Assembly (NCBI GenBank): GCA_965287045.1
Contig: OZ336875.1
Location: 100,626,001-100,690,000, forward strand
Direction of reading: 5' to 3'
DNA: 64,000 bases
Source: Carcharhinus amblyrhynchos
Lineage: Eukaryota
Shown here: positions 12,963 through 25,674 of the stretch, one piece after another
Layout: every line of letters begins with the position of its first letter
Position numbering within the stretch: the stretch's first letter is position 1
Notes under the pieces: generated by a model
Databases searched by the model: none
What the model saw: the letters and a program-made list of their open reading frames with translations, nothing else
Told to the model about the DNA's origin: nothing
Made by a program: the position numbers and the translations under genes

Positions 12963-13435
12963 GGGGTGACGTGGTGGCACAGTGGTTAGCATTGCTGCTT
13001 CAGAACGCAAGACATCCATGTTCGATTCCTGGCTTGGGTCATTATCTGTTTGGAGTTTGCACGTTCTCTCCATATCTGCATGGGTTTCTTCCAGGTGCTC
13101 CAGTTTTTTCCCACAGACAAAAAGACCTGCTAGTCTATAGGTGCATTGACCAGGCTAAGTTCTCCCTCAGTGTACCCGAATAGCTGCCTGTGTGTGGTGA
13201 GTAGGGGATTTTTGCAGTAACTTCATTGCAGTGTAATTTTTTTCATTAGAAACCTGACAGTGCAGAAGGAGGCCACTTGGCCCATCAAGTCCGCACCAAC
13301 AACATTCCCACCCCACGTCCTATCCCCACAACCCCACACGTTTACCTAGCTAATCCCTCTAACCTCCACATTCCAGGACACTAAAGGGCAATTTGGAATG
13401 GCCAGCCAACCTAACAGGAATAAATAAACTTTAAA
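12963..13435 (+). mobile_element. HE1-type SINE (Rex1-like tail) with a nested inverted HE1 3' fragment (about 13245-13415)
   Basis: ggtggcacagtggttagcattgctgc...cagtaacttcattgcagtgt, then an opposite-strand HE1 tail, then aataaataaactttaaa. Confidence 0.9.
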
Positions 13436-13671
13436 TGTATGTGACTTAAATTAGCTCCATTAACTTTTGCACATATTGGCCCAAATTTTGGAGTCTGAGA
13501 TGAAGAAGAAATGGCGCTTGCCATTCACTACATTGACAGCTGCCCACAATGTTTTCATAAGGTTTCAAGCGTAACTTGCTGGCATTGGATGTCTGATCCA
13601 GCATAGAACCCTCCTCTACAGGGGATCTGTGGCATGTGGAAACAGAACAACAAGCAGTGAAGATCATAGAA

Positions 13672-13868
13672 GAACAGAACCATAGAATCCCTACAGTACA
13701 GAAAGAGGCCATTTGGCCCATCGTGTGTGCACTGACCACAATCCCACCCAGGCCCTACCCACATATCTCTACATGTTTTACCCACTCATCCCTCTAACCT
13801 ACACATCTCAGGACACTAAGGGGCAATTTCAGCATGGCCAACCAACCTAACCCTCATACCTTTGGATC
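13672..13868 (-). mobile_element. HE1-type SINE 3' part
   Basis: catagaatccctacagtacagaaagaggccatttggccc...ggggcaatttcagcatggccaacc. Confidence 0.9.
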
Positions 13869-15684
13869 TTTCGCTAATCAGATTGAAGAATTCTCATGAA
13901 GCCATACAGCGGTGAAGCCATTGGAATAAATCAGGAATAATAAATTTGATTAAATCTTGTACACAAAGCAAAACAAAGGGGGAAGAAAGATGAAGTTAAG
14001 AGAACAAGAGAGATGAAAAAGATAAAAAAACACCATCTGTAATTAGGTTTTAAAGGAATGAAGTCCCATACTTGCAAAAGGTAATTTTACATAGCAGAAA
14101 AGTTGGCAGAAATTATGATTTATTACACTATGAAAAACAATTATATGTGAATGAACCACCCCTAATGTTTTCTATCATGTTAAGAGAGTAATTAGTGGGT
14201 AAGTAGAGCAACTTCATCGGTTTCGGTGCCGAACCTACGGTGAAGTATTCTTATAAAGTGATCCATGGAGGAGCAGGGTAGGGTAGCCCATACAACAACT
14301 TCCAGAATTCCACTTTTAATCGCCCAGGTTGCTGTTTGATTCAATCCAATGTAACAATGAGCACTGTTAGCCCCGCCATTGTTCCCAAGGCAAGGTCTAA
14401 GATAATACTTGACGGTTGATGGATTAACTTACTGTGTAGTGTTGTGTAAAGACTGCTGTCAGGTTGGAGCTTAATTTGAACTTCGTTAGTTGATCTCCAT
14501 TGGGATGGCAGTGAGAGAAAGAACTAGTCTAAATTCCTGCTCTTATTTTCTATGCAGTGAAACTCGCTGCTAGAAAATGCACTCAAATGATTGTGAAGTA
14601 AAGCTGCCATAATTCAATAGCCAGTCCACATCCACTGTTTTGACTCCCACAGGAAGAAAGATCATTTAAGTGAGGTATTAGATGGCTGTTCGAATGGAAT
14701 CATATCCTAATTTGAATTGATATTATGGTAGTCTATTGAAGGTGGTGATTTTATAAAAAATAAGTACTATCTTCTCAATTTCACATTTTTTAAAGTTTTT
14801 CTTTAAAGGAGTAAATAATTTCAAATGCTTCTCAGTTTCTATGGTCTGTATCTTTTGTACTGCCACATAGTGCTCTCTGAATTAACTGCTATGATGGGGA
14901 CGATAGCAGTTCTATAATGTCTAGCAACAGGGCAGTGGTAATCTCAAATCAATTCTTCTTAATATCTGGCTTACTGTTTTGCAGTTTATAAAGAAGATAA
15001 TCCAAATGTTGTCATTGTGAATATAATACACACAGTAATTGTTTTGACAGATGTGAGGCTCCATCATCCTTCATAAAAGATGTTGCTGCATTTGATTTCT
15101 TTCATTGAATTTTTAGTCAGGTAAAGGTGCTGGCAAGCTGAAGTGCAGCTATGAGAGCTTACTGAAAATTTGAAAGAAATAATTGGTTTCTGAGTCATAA
15201 AGTGAACTCATAACAGCTGTCTGAGTTCCAAATCTAATTAAGTCAAATCTTGTTTGATTAGGCTCATTGTTTTTGAAGTTATTTACATTTACAAATTCCT
15301 TTTGTCTTTGGTTGGAACTGCATCAATTAATCCAAAATAGAGCACTTTTGATTAATTGTGAAGGATACCTTTTTTTTATCAGATATTGTGCCAACTTGGA
15401 CACCAAAGACAACCATGTAACCAAACTGGTGTTTTAAATCCTTCTCTTACTTATTTCACTGCACTCTTTACATGTCCAGAACAGTTTGTAACTTGTAATG
15501 ATTTGAAGCATATAGTCCAACATTTAAGTATTTTTCACTGTGCCTTTTGTGTATTCTGCCCTCCTGACAAACAATTAGCACGTCAACGTGAAATATATGG
15601 TCTGAAGACTTGGTATTTCCTTTTGTCTATCAGAAAAAAATTATAGAAATTCAGTATCCTTTCAGAGATTAAAAGGAAGGGAGA

Positions 15685-15820
15685 TTTTCAATTTAATAGC
15701 ACTTTTTATGTCCACCAGACATCATAGAATGCTTACAGAATGAAGTGTTTTTTGAAGTCTCATCACTGGTGTAATGTAGGAAGTATGGCAGCCAATTTGC
15801 CCACAGCAAGTTTCCATGTC
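15685..15820 (-). mobile_element. DeuSINE-like fragment
   Basis: gaagtgttttttgaagtc...gtaatgtaggaagtatggcagccaatttgcccacagcaag (Deu-domain-like). Confidence 0.7.
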
Positions 15821-18035
15821 ATATTCAATAAGTGAATAATATTTGTTATGTATTCATATTATTTCCAGTGTTTCCTTACTAGCAGCTTTGCCGTGGAACA
15901 GGGGCATGTTAAGAGACCAATCACAACATCACTGATGATGCCATTGGTTGTTTGCATGGGCAAACGGGCAGCCTATCTTTGCAGCCTTTCACTAAACCTT
16001 CGAGGCCTTCAACCTATCTTTTAAAACCACCAGATAGAAAACTAGTAACAAGATGCTCAGACCAACTTGCAGCCATCCAAAAGAAAAGACCTGAAAAAGT
16101 CCAACAGCATTGTAGACATTCAACAAAAGAGTCGATGATTAAAATCATTGCTACACAAAAACTGGCGATGGAGGCGTGCCGACTAGTGGTCGCAGCCATT
16201 GGAGGAACCAAAAAATAATCAAAGAGAAAGCAACTTTCGAAAGGAGCTTGTCATGTGCTCTGACTTAAAAGATCTGTAGCAACATTGGGAACAAGCTGGA
16301 TAGCAAATACCCTGCAACAACAGGGGGTGTTCTAAAACACAAAGGAAGGCCCGCTGAGCTTGAGTTTGCCTTGTTCTGGGGAGAAAAGAAGGAAGATAGT
16401 GCTGAAAATTTGTGGTCCGTTGTGATCCTGTAGACCCTTTCCACAGTAAAAATGGCAAGAGTTTTTGGCACCCTGGACTTTTTGATGAGACTACAAAGTG
16501 ATGGAGCTCATTTACAGAACACTTCAACTATCTTGTCCAAGTGAACAAGATAATGGCAGAGACATTAGTTTCATCTTTCCTGAGCATAGGTGGCGGGGTG
16601 ACCTTTAACCTCCTGTGATGTCTTGTAGAGCTGAAAAAGCCAAGTATGAAATAGTGAAAATATTACAGGGCCACTAGTCACCAAAATCTTTGGTCATTAC
16701 TGTAAGATTTAAGTTCCATAAGTGTAATCAACAAGAAGGTGAATGGATCACACAGTTTTTAGCTACTTTGAAGACACTAGCTGAAACTGTGAATTTGGGG
16801 ACGTCTTGAACGACACCATTAGAGAGAGATTAGTCTATGGCTAAAAGAATGAGGCTATTCAAAGTTGATTGTTAACAGAACGCAACCTAACCCAAAGGAA
16901 AGCTTTGAAAGTTGCTGCATCCATGGAATTAACGGCTATAGAAGCTCAACAGTTGAGTTTGAGCGCAAGAATTCAGAAAATGTTGGTCAAACATAAGCAG
17001 TTCCACAATTGCTATCTGGTGGACATAAAATTGCAAAATCCAGGCACTCAACAGCAGATTGTTGGTCCAAAGGCGACATGTGCAGGAATTGTGTCAAAAA
17101 AGCCACATCAAACGTGCTTGTTGGAAAAAGAAACTAATTTCAGGTCAGAATTACAAAAACCAAAAGCCAAATGCTTCAAATGGAAAGTCAAATGGGGGAA
17201 AGTATCCACGTAGTAAAAGGATGTGGAAAAGGACTTGAGTCACAGTCCAAAGATGAACTGTCATTAAATGCACTGCAACAAACCATCACTGGGTCACTCC
17301 TTTACTGGATGGATAATTAGTGAAAATGGAGGTGGATATAGGAATTGCAGTTTCATTGACAAAATAAACTGTTTACCAAGGAAAGCTTTGACATATTGCC
17401 CTGAAACACTCAGAAATAGTGTTAAAACCCTATTCAAGAGAAGTGGTTATATTGCGGGGCTGCATTCATGTAATTGTGCAGTTGAATGGACAGTGCAGAT
17501 TTGTCCTTGTACATGGTTAAAGGAAATTATCCAGAACTGAGAAGAAGAACCTGGCAGGAAAAGATCAGATTAATTTGGGCTGAAGTAAATCTCAGTGCAG
17601 ATTCTCAAGATCAGGCCTACCAAAGATCTTGAAGACACATACCGTTGTCTTCAGTGGTGAGCTGATGGATATCTCAGTTAAGTTAATGAATAAGAACAAA
17701 AGTTAGGCATGATGCTTAAAGGCTATGTGCCGTATGCAATCAGAACTATGGTACAGGCAGAATTGGAGAGGGTGGTCAAAATGGGAGTCCTCAACCTGTT
17801 AATGAGCGATTGGGCCACACTGATTGTACATGTAATGAAGGAAGATGGATTGGTTCGCATTTGTGGTGATTTAAAAGTCAATATCAATCCTGTACTGTCT
17901 GGAACCATATCCTTTGCCTCTGATGAGTTATTTATTGGGTTGGCTGGAGGCCAACACTTCAGTAAAATTGACCTCAGTCAGTTGAATGGGAATCCAGATT
18001 CACAACAATATTTGACAATCGTGACACACAAAGGT

Positions 18036-18208
18036 AATGGGTTCTTGATAAGAGAGGGGATTAAGGGTTATGGGGAGAGGGCGGGAAAGTGGAACTGAGC
18101 CACAACAGATCAGCCATGATCTTATTGAATGGCGGGGCAGGCTCGAAGGGCTAGATGGCCTACTCCTGCTCCTATTTCTTATGTTCTTATGTTCTTTATG
18201 TTCTTATG
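18036..18208 (+). mobile_element. CR1 3' end nested in the Gypsy RT
   Basis: aagggttatggggagagggcgggaaagtgg...cagccatgatcttattgaatggcgg...ggcctactcctgctcct and (tcttatgt)n tail; splits RT between VTHKG and LPFG. Confidence 0.9.
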
Positions 18209-18499
18209 ACTACCATTTGGCTTCACGTCCGCACCTGTGTTATTCCAACATGCAATGTATTAAACTTGAAGCAAATTATAAGGAGTCCACTGTAACTTAG
18301 ACAATATCTTAGTAACTGGAAAGAATGAGGAAGAACATTTCCACATTCTGGATCCACACTCCAGAGATTAGAAGATTGAGAGTCCTGCAAGACACACGTA
18401 AAATTTTCTAATCTTTGATCAAACATCTACACTTCAAAATGTCAATCACCTTTGATCTTCTTGGTCCTACTAAATTTATTATGGAATGTTTGTCCCTAA

Positions 18500-19376
18500 C
18501 TTGGCTACCCCACAAGGCTGAGTCATCAGCCCCTTACTATACTCCTTATACACTGATGACTGTGGCCAAATTCCCCTCCAACTCGGTTTTTAAGTTTGCT
18601 GTGATACCACCATTGTGGGTTGGATCTCATACAATGACAAGGCTGAGTACAGGAAAGAAATAGAGAATCTGGTAAACTGGTGCAGTGACAATAATCTTTC
18701 CCTCAATGTCAGCGAAACAAAGGAGGTAGTTATCAACTTTAGGAAGCATAGCATGTGCCCCTGTCTAAATCAATAGTGATAATGTAGAAATGGTCAAGAG
18801 TTTCAAGTTTTTGGGGGCCCAGATCGCCAACAATCTGGCCTGGTCCTCCCCATGCTGCCATAATAGTTAAGAAAGCCCATCATTGCCTCCACTTTCTCAG
18901 AAAACTAAGGAAATTTGGCATGTCAGCTATGATTCTCACTAACTTTTACAGATGCATCATTGAAATTCTAGTTGTATCAAAGCTTGGTATGGCTCCTGAT
19001 CTGTCCAAGACCACAAGAATCTACAAACGGCCGTAAATGAAGCCCAGTCCACCATTTAAACCATCCCCCCATCCATTGACACTGTCCACACTTCTCGCTG
19101 CTTTGGAAAAGCAGCCAGCAAAATTAAAAACCCCATGCACCCTGGACGTACTCTCTTCTATCTTCTTCCACCGGGAAAAAGATACAAACGTCTGAGGACA
19201 TGTACCAACTGATTCAAGAACAGCTTGCTGCCATCAGACTTCTGAATGGACCTACCTTGGATTGAGTTGATCTTTCTCCTTCCCTTCTTTATGTACAGTA
19301 TGCTTTGTCTGTATAGCATGCAAGAAACAAAAGTTTTCACTGTACAGTAATACATGTGACAATAAATCAAATCAAA
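18500..19376 (+). mobile_element. Rex1/Babar LINE 3' part nested in the Gypsy pol
   Basis: Frameshifted PQG..SPLLYSLYT/AKFPSNSVFKFA, WCSDNNLSLNV, and tail atgtgacaataaatcaaatcaaa; same family as 53923-55438. Confidence 0.9.
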
Positions 19377-20328
19377 CCATTCTTAAACCCTTTCATAATT
19401 TATTGTCTAAACTGAAAATGGAAATGGTTAGTTGGGTTAGTTCTTTGTATAAGTAAAGAAGGCACTACTGAAGTCAGAAATCCTGACACACTTTGATCCA
19501 AATTTACCCTTGCATCTGGCATGTGAAGCATCAGGTTGTGGGATGGTGGCTCCCCACACAATGCCCACAAGTGAAGAGAAACTGATTGCTTTTGCATCAA
19601 GGTCCTTGAATAAAGCATAAATCAATTATGCACAGATGGAGAAAGAAGCATTAGGTATCATTTTTGGAATGAAACCTTTTTATCAATTCCTGCATTGAGG
19701 GCAATTTACTTTTTTTGATGGACCGTTGTCCACTAACAGCGATTTTTGGACCTCCATACTGGGATTCCATCACTGGAAGCAAGCAGGATGCAGAAGTGTG
19801 GACACTGCTGTTGTCAGTTTACACATTTACACAAAGTATTATCTGTCAAATCTGCATGGGAACGTTGATGGACCAATTGGAGAAGGCAGTACCCCAGTTG
19901 AGAACACTTCAACACCGAGTCAACCCCAGAACATTGTCAATTCCAGTTGAGACAACCATGGACAATATCCAAACCAAGCCATAGAGCCAGAAGTTGCAGT
20001 AAATACCAGAAAGCAGATGCCTGAGGTTCACCAACAACCCAACAGAGTGACAGCCCCAGAACATCTGACCTATTGACTGTTGTTATTTATTAACTGTTTA
20101 TATTGATAATGTTATACTGTTATTGATGTCAGGAACCTTTGAATTATAGAGAGAGGAAAGTGTTGTGTATTCATGTTATTTGACATATTTCTCACTAGCA
20201 GCTTTGCAGCGAAACAGGGACCACTTGAGACTGATCACGTGACCTCATTGAAAATGTCACTGGTAGCCTGTAGTGTTAGCATCCTTTCAATAAAGTTCTT
20301 CGTGTAAACCCAAAACTACCACATATTG

Positions 20329-20452
20329 TGGGCCAGCCCGCAGTTGGGATTCTCTGGTCCCATTACAGGGAATGGAGATTTGGCCGAGTGCCAAATTCTC
20401 CACTCTCATTGGTAGCGGCAGCAGGAAGTGAATGGCTGGAGAATTCCTGCCT
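20329..20452. mobile_element. Short palindromic MITE-like element
   Basis: gggattctctgg...ctggagaattcctgcc termini, with internal hairpin tggagatttggc/gccaaattctcca. Confidence 0.6.
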
Positions 20453-20704
20453 ATGTTTCTGATTTATCAGAGGTTCTTTATTGTCAAGCATGAATAAAGC
20501 ATTTTCGTAAAGAGTTCACTGTTGATGGCACCTCTAGGATGAATATGACTATCAGGCAAAAAACTAGTTGTTCAAGATTTGATCTAAATTACCAAAAGTG
20601 AATAATGATCACTATGACAAGAAGTTCAGAAACTGATTCCAAACAGATTCAATGCCAAAACATAGTTGTAATTAACAACACCTTAAAGGAAAGAACATTT
20701 TAAA

Positions 20705-21238
20705 AATTCATTCATGGGATGTGGTTTTCACTGGATAGAACTGCATTTATTGCCCATCACCAGTTGCCCTTGATAACAATGTGGTGGTGGGCTACCTTTT
20801 GGGCATCTGCAGTCCCTGTGGTGTAGGTACACTGAAAGTGCTGTCAGAGAGGGAAGTTCCAAGACTTTGATCTGGTGGCAAGTGAAAGCAATATTTTTCA
20901 AAGTGGGAAAGGTGAGGGGAATGGAGGGAAACTTCCAAATGGTGGTATTGCTAGGTATCTCTGCTCTTGCCATAATAAGATTAACCATGGGTTTGGAAAT
21001 TGCTGGTTAAGGAGACTAGATGAGTTCTTGCAGTGCATCGTGTAGCTAGCACACACTGCTGCCACTATGTGTTAGTGGTGAATGGGGTGCCAATCATGTG
21101 GGCTGCTTTTTGTGCTGGCTGGTATCAAGCATTTTGAGTATTATTAGAGTTGCACTCATCCAAATCATCCAGGCAGGACAATATTCCATCACACTCCTGA
21201 CTTGTGCCTTGCAGATGGTGGGCAGGCTTTGGGGAGTC
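20705..21238 (-). mobile_element. L2/CR1-group LINE 3' end
   Basis: The minus strand matches the C-terminus and tail at 60030-60285 (agggcaactggtgatgggcaataaatgc...catcccatgaatgaat). Confidence 0.75.
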
Positions 21239-21424
21239 GATAATTCTCGTATATTAGTTAGAAATTATTAAACTGGAGACTGCAAAGGAACAGGACAATA
21301 ATGTGAAGAGAGTTTCAGTACAGGATCAAAACAACAGAGCATCAGCAACAGTAGACTCAATGCGTGCACATGTTGGAGCAAAAGAAGGATTAGAACTGTC
21401 TTGCACTTGAATTAACTGCGACAA

Positions 21425-21718
21425 GGGATTGCCCATTTAAGACCGATTTCAGGTAAAATGTTTTCAGCTAGAGTTGAGTCTTTGGTACTCTCTTCCCAAA
21501 TAGGTTGTGGAAGCAGAGCCTTCCAATATTTTTAAGGCAAAGGTGGGATGGAATCTTGGTAAGCAAGAAGGGCGTGGGAAGAGGATTAGAGGTTGTTGAG
21601 GATAGGAATGATGCAGATTTAAGACTATTATCAGATAGGCCAAGATCTTATTAAATGGAGGAACAGGCTCAAGAGGCTGAATGGCCTACTCTCCTGCTCT
21701 TTTCTCGTATGTTTATAT
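21425..21718 (+). mobile_element. CR1 3' end
   Basis: catttaagacc...tttaaggcaaaggtgg...ggccaagatcttattaaatggaggaacaggctcaagaggctgaatggcctactc, tail cgtatgtt. Confidence 0.85.
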
Positions 21719-22054
21719 GACAATCTGATTAAATACAAGGCCAGTGAATAGATGGTGCAGTTGATCTAATTCGTTACCATCAGCAGAATACATTTTATTA
21801 TCACAGAGTCACACAGTGCGGAAGAGGCCCTTCGGCCCATTGAGTCTGCACCAACGCGTGAGAAACACCTGACCTACCTTAAACATATACCCTCATTCCC
21901 TGCATGCCAAGATCAACAAGTGAAAATGGCAGCAATGTGGCAGAGGGCACAACATTCCTATGTCAATTTTCACATTTGACCAGCCAGATCCACTGATTTG
22001 TTTTTATCCAGAGGTTGGTTGGAGTTCTCACCTTTTAGGGTTTATTGTTGTGTG

Positions 22055-22315
22055 AATGAAAACCTGGAAATAACAAGTTGGTATCATTTAAAGTGACCAC
22101 AAAGCTGTTGAATTGTTGTGGTAACCCAAATTGTTCATTGCCACTTAGAAATGAAAATCTGTTGTTATTACATGTTCTGTTGTCTATCATGACTCCAGGA
22201 CCCCCACCAGTATGGTTGATGCCTAACTGCTTATCAAAGTGGCCTAGAAGTAAAGGCGGGTGATTAAAAAACACCCTTGCCTGCCATGCTTGCATCTCAA
22301 CAATGAATAAGAATG
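22055..22315 (+). mobile_element. SINE-like bipartite derivative of the L2/CR1-group LINE
   Basis: Body gtgaccac...gaaaatctg...tgactccag...ggttgatg...aagtggcctag and tail cttgcc...catctcaacaatgaataa are shared with 56685-56848, 59080-59420 and the LINE at 58383-60285. Confidence 0.7.
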
Positions 22316-25300
22316 TACAGTGAGTGGAGGCACAAAGCAGATACTATCTAAACTAAGGTTTGCACATTACTAGGGAGATTGAGTACTGTCATTAGACATC
22401 ACTGGCCTTACACTAACACCAAATGCAGAGAATTTGATATGACAATTACATCTCATCACAGAGAATAAGTGGCCGACTATTGAGTATGTGTCTGATGTTA
22501 GAATGACCAGGTACTTCCTCATGTATAAAGGCTATTTATTTATGATTGCTGAGAAGGGTAGATTTGTCTAACATAGGCATCCACCCTGGTTGGTGGCTTT
22601 AACATCTACATGATTTGATGTTCAATTAGGTGGTGACTGAATTATTGAGAAGGTGGTGGCCAAATTAATATTGACTGAGTTAGGCCAAAAGAAACAGTCA
22701 GTGCTGTACTACATAGCTGGCTCTAATTGTAGTAGCATTGCACATGGGAGCAACAGACTGGTTGGTGGAAGGAAAGCCACTATCGTTGTTCTTCAGGTAG
22801 TAGAACCTGAAATACTAGTAGAAATTCTGGCAGAAATACTAGAAATTCAACCACTAGAATTTCACGAGTTTTCTATGGGTGGTATCAGGCACGCAAAATT
22901 CAGAAGGTTTCAACGTTATGTTTTCACATATGAGGACCCATGTGGAGACAGGTGGAATGCACTGACCTTACAGCAATCTGATTACTGAGCCATTTAATCA
23001 TGTGAACGTGAAATTGGTTAATCGGGGACAAGTCATCAGATTTGTTCAATTCACAGCTCTTTTGCCAGTAGAGTGTAGTGTGCCTTGCCTGATCAAGGAC
23101 ATTTAACCAAAAGGGTATATAGGGAATGCACGCCAATCCTGTGGTGTCGAAAAAAATGCCAGATCACAAGCTGCAGGAGATGTTAACTGGAAGGGAAATA
23201 CATCTCCCAAGTAGAATTTTAAGTGGAATATTGAGACTGGACAAACTTTTCAACATTGCTTTGGGCAGTTCATACACAACAATGAAAATGGTTCTCACAA
23301 GCATACATAATTGATGCAAAATCAAGAACCATCATCCTGATTGAGGGTTTGTGACCGATACAAGATTCCATCGTAAGTCAGATCATAAAATGTTGCTCTA
23401 TTTAACTTTATGAATTTTTAGTGAGGCTGGGAAACCACAATGATATATTTGCCAACTATATTTTGAAAATAAATTAATTGGTTTCAATCAGATATTTTAT
23501 TTGCTCAGCTAGTAGTTTATTAAAGTTTAATTTACAACCATATTGTGGGGAAAAAAATGAAATGGAACAATTGAAATTAGTTGTAATGGATACATTTGAT
23601 TTCAACATTTTCCATTGTGCAGTGTGTATGTATGTGTGTATATATTTAATATATATCAGGCTGTGCCATTACACATGTTGAGTATGAAAAAGAACATGGT
23701 GACGAATTATTTCACACATCATGATTGTCACCTAGGACTAATGTTCAAAGGTTCTCCTTTGAAGTGCTAATATTTGGAACTTGTATTGTTTTGAAACTTT
23801 TTTAAGTTAACCAGTATTCTTGTTTATTAATTGATGTATTTTTCTTCTATATGTTTTTAATAAGCAATTTAGAGTTTTGTTTAAAATTATAGGGAATAAT
23901 CCTATGCCTTTTCCCATAGTAGGTTTGGTGATGGTGGGGTATTTAATTAGGCAGGAGGGTGGAAGGTGGGGACCTCACCACCTTGTTGCCTTCATCCTGA
24001 TTAAGTCTGTCAGGAAATTCCATGAATGGCCTTCCAACTCTGCTGCCAATTGAGACCCTCAAGTGGGCAAATAATGTTCTGTTAAAGGCCTCATCCTACC
24101 GCCATTAATCCTGCAGTGGGTGGGGGATTTGCCATGCAAGGAGAATGACAGACAAACCAGTGTGGGTTTGCTTGCGGACTCTCGGGAGGTTTCTTGGTTG
24201 AAGAAACTCAGTACCTGATCAAGGGCCTGAAATTGGAATGGTGATGGGATCTCTGGAAACCATCCCCTGCCCTTGCTGCTAATCACCTTCCTCCCTCTCC
24301 CCATCCCTGCAACACCCACTCCATGAGCCCCTACCTACCATCAGTCATCTGTGCCTGGGTCCCTTGGTGATCTGCCTCAGTTGTCAGACCACTAGTAGCC
24401 ACTGCCTCCCTGCTGATGCAACTGAGGACAGAAGTGATGCTAACCTCTCAGGCAACTGTCAGCAGGTGGGACTTCTGCCCTTGGCTTATTGATCCTGGAT
24501 ATGTCTTGTTGTTGGGTCTGTTAAGTGCTTGAGTGACATGTGATGTGATGAGCCTTCCCAAAAAGAGGGCAGGTCAGCACCTCACTGGTGGTCCAGCCAG
24601 TGGACAAGACCCATGTCACCTCCACAAAATACCCCATCTGGAAGCATGTTTCTTCCACCTGTCAGAAGGATCAGGATCACATACTGGATATGACTGTTTC
24701 TGATATAAATTAGTGGTAAAAGGGTAACTACTTGTCTTCAGCTGCACCATATCGTGTTTATTGTATATATAATGTTAGCTTTCAGTTCAGAAGCTGGGCT
24801 GATTATAGTAGCTGCCTTTGGTGGTGAGCGCAAGTAGAGAATGTTGAGACATAACCTGAAGTGCATCAATTCTATTTATTACCAATCAATGATCAACTTG
24901 TTTCACCAACATAACAAACCCTGTGTCTTCTAATTTTAAAGTTTAAGACATTTCATTATTTAAATAGTCATCCTGCATTAATGATTTCATATTTTGTTGG
25001 AATAAATCCTAAAAACTATATCTAATAACTTCAGTCTGTTTTGCTTTTTGTTATGGTGGTTTGGACTGCTTTCTACAACTAATGAAATAAAGACAATGTT
25101 AAAAATAAACTGCTGTGCTTTAAAGAAGTAAAGAATAATAGCTCAAACAATGCACATGGTGACACACACAGCTACATTAGACCAACAAAGCTAATACACT
25201 TCACCACTCAACAAATATTTTGCAATGTTCTATAAACAGACTCTAAAAGCTTGTTGACCAGATCAGTGCTGTTTTCATTATATTGGCTACAGTTCTAAAC

Positions 25301-25526
25301 ATTAGTTTAATGAATGGATCACATAATGGCAGCTGCACATGTCAGTAAACAATAAATAATGATTTTTAAATGGAATATATACGTAAAGCAAGCTCACTGT
25401 ACTGGTCAGTAGTAGATGCAAAAACATGAAGTTCTATGAGTATTCGTGGGAGCACAATTTGTCCAGAAGTATAATATGCAGTAAGGCATGTTTAATTCAC
25501 AATTGCAGCTGCAAGAGATAGCATGA

Positions 25527-25674
25527 NNNNNNNNNNNNNNNNNNNNNNNNNNNNNNNNNNNNNNNNNNNNNNNNNNNNNNNNNNNNNNNNNNNNNNNNNN
25601 NNNNNNNNNNNNNNNNNNNNNNNNNNNNNNNNNNNNNNNNNNNNNNNNNNNNNNNNNNNNNNNNNNNNNNNNNN
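25527..25674. other. N gap, 148 bp
   Basis: Direct reading. Confidence 0.99.

Larger units (their letters stand above)
15844..20323 (+). mobile_element. Gypsy LTR retrotransposon, degraded; gag-PR-RT-RNaseH present, integrase deleted
   Basis: LTRs about 15844-16034 and 20161-20323 (both start TG); 4-bp TSD tatt; PBS-like tggcgatggagg at 16163; PPT gagaggaaag 20151-20160. Gag FHKCNQQEGE...CEFGDVLNDTIRERLV, PR MEVDIGIAVS, RT WATLIVHVMKEDGLVRICGDLK/FSKIDLSQ/LPFG, RNaseH LACEASG/IAFASRSL/YAQMEKEALGIIFG. Confidence 0.92.

Noticed and set aside
14984-15120. Exon candidate tttgcag...cag|gtaaag
   Set aside because: Stop codons in all three frames before the donor.
22798-22865. Recurring tagaaat words
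   Set aside because: Irregular low-complexity degenerate repeat with no constant period.
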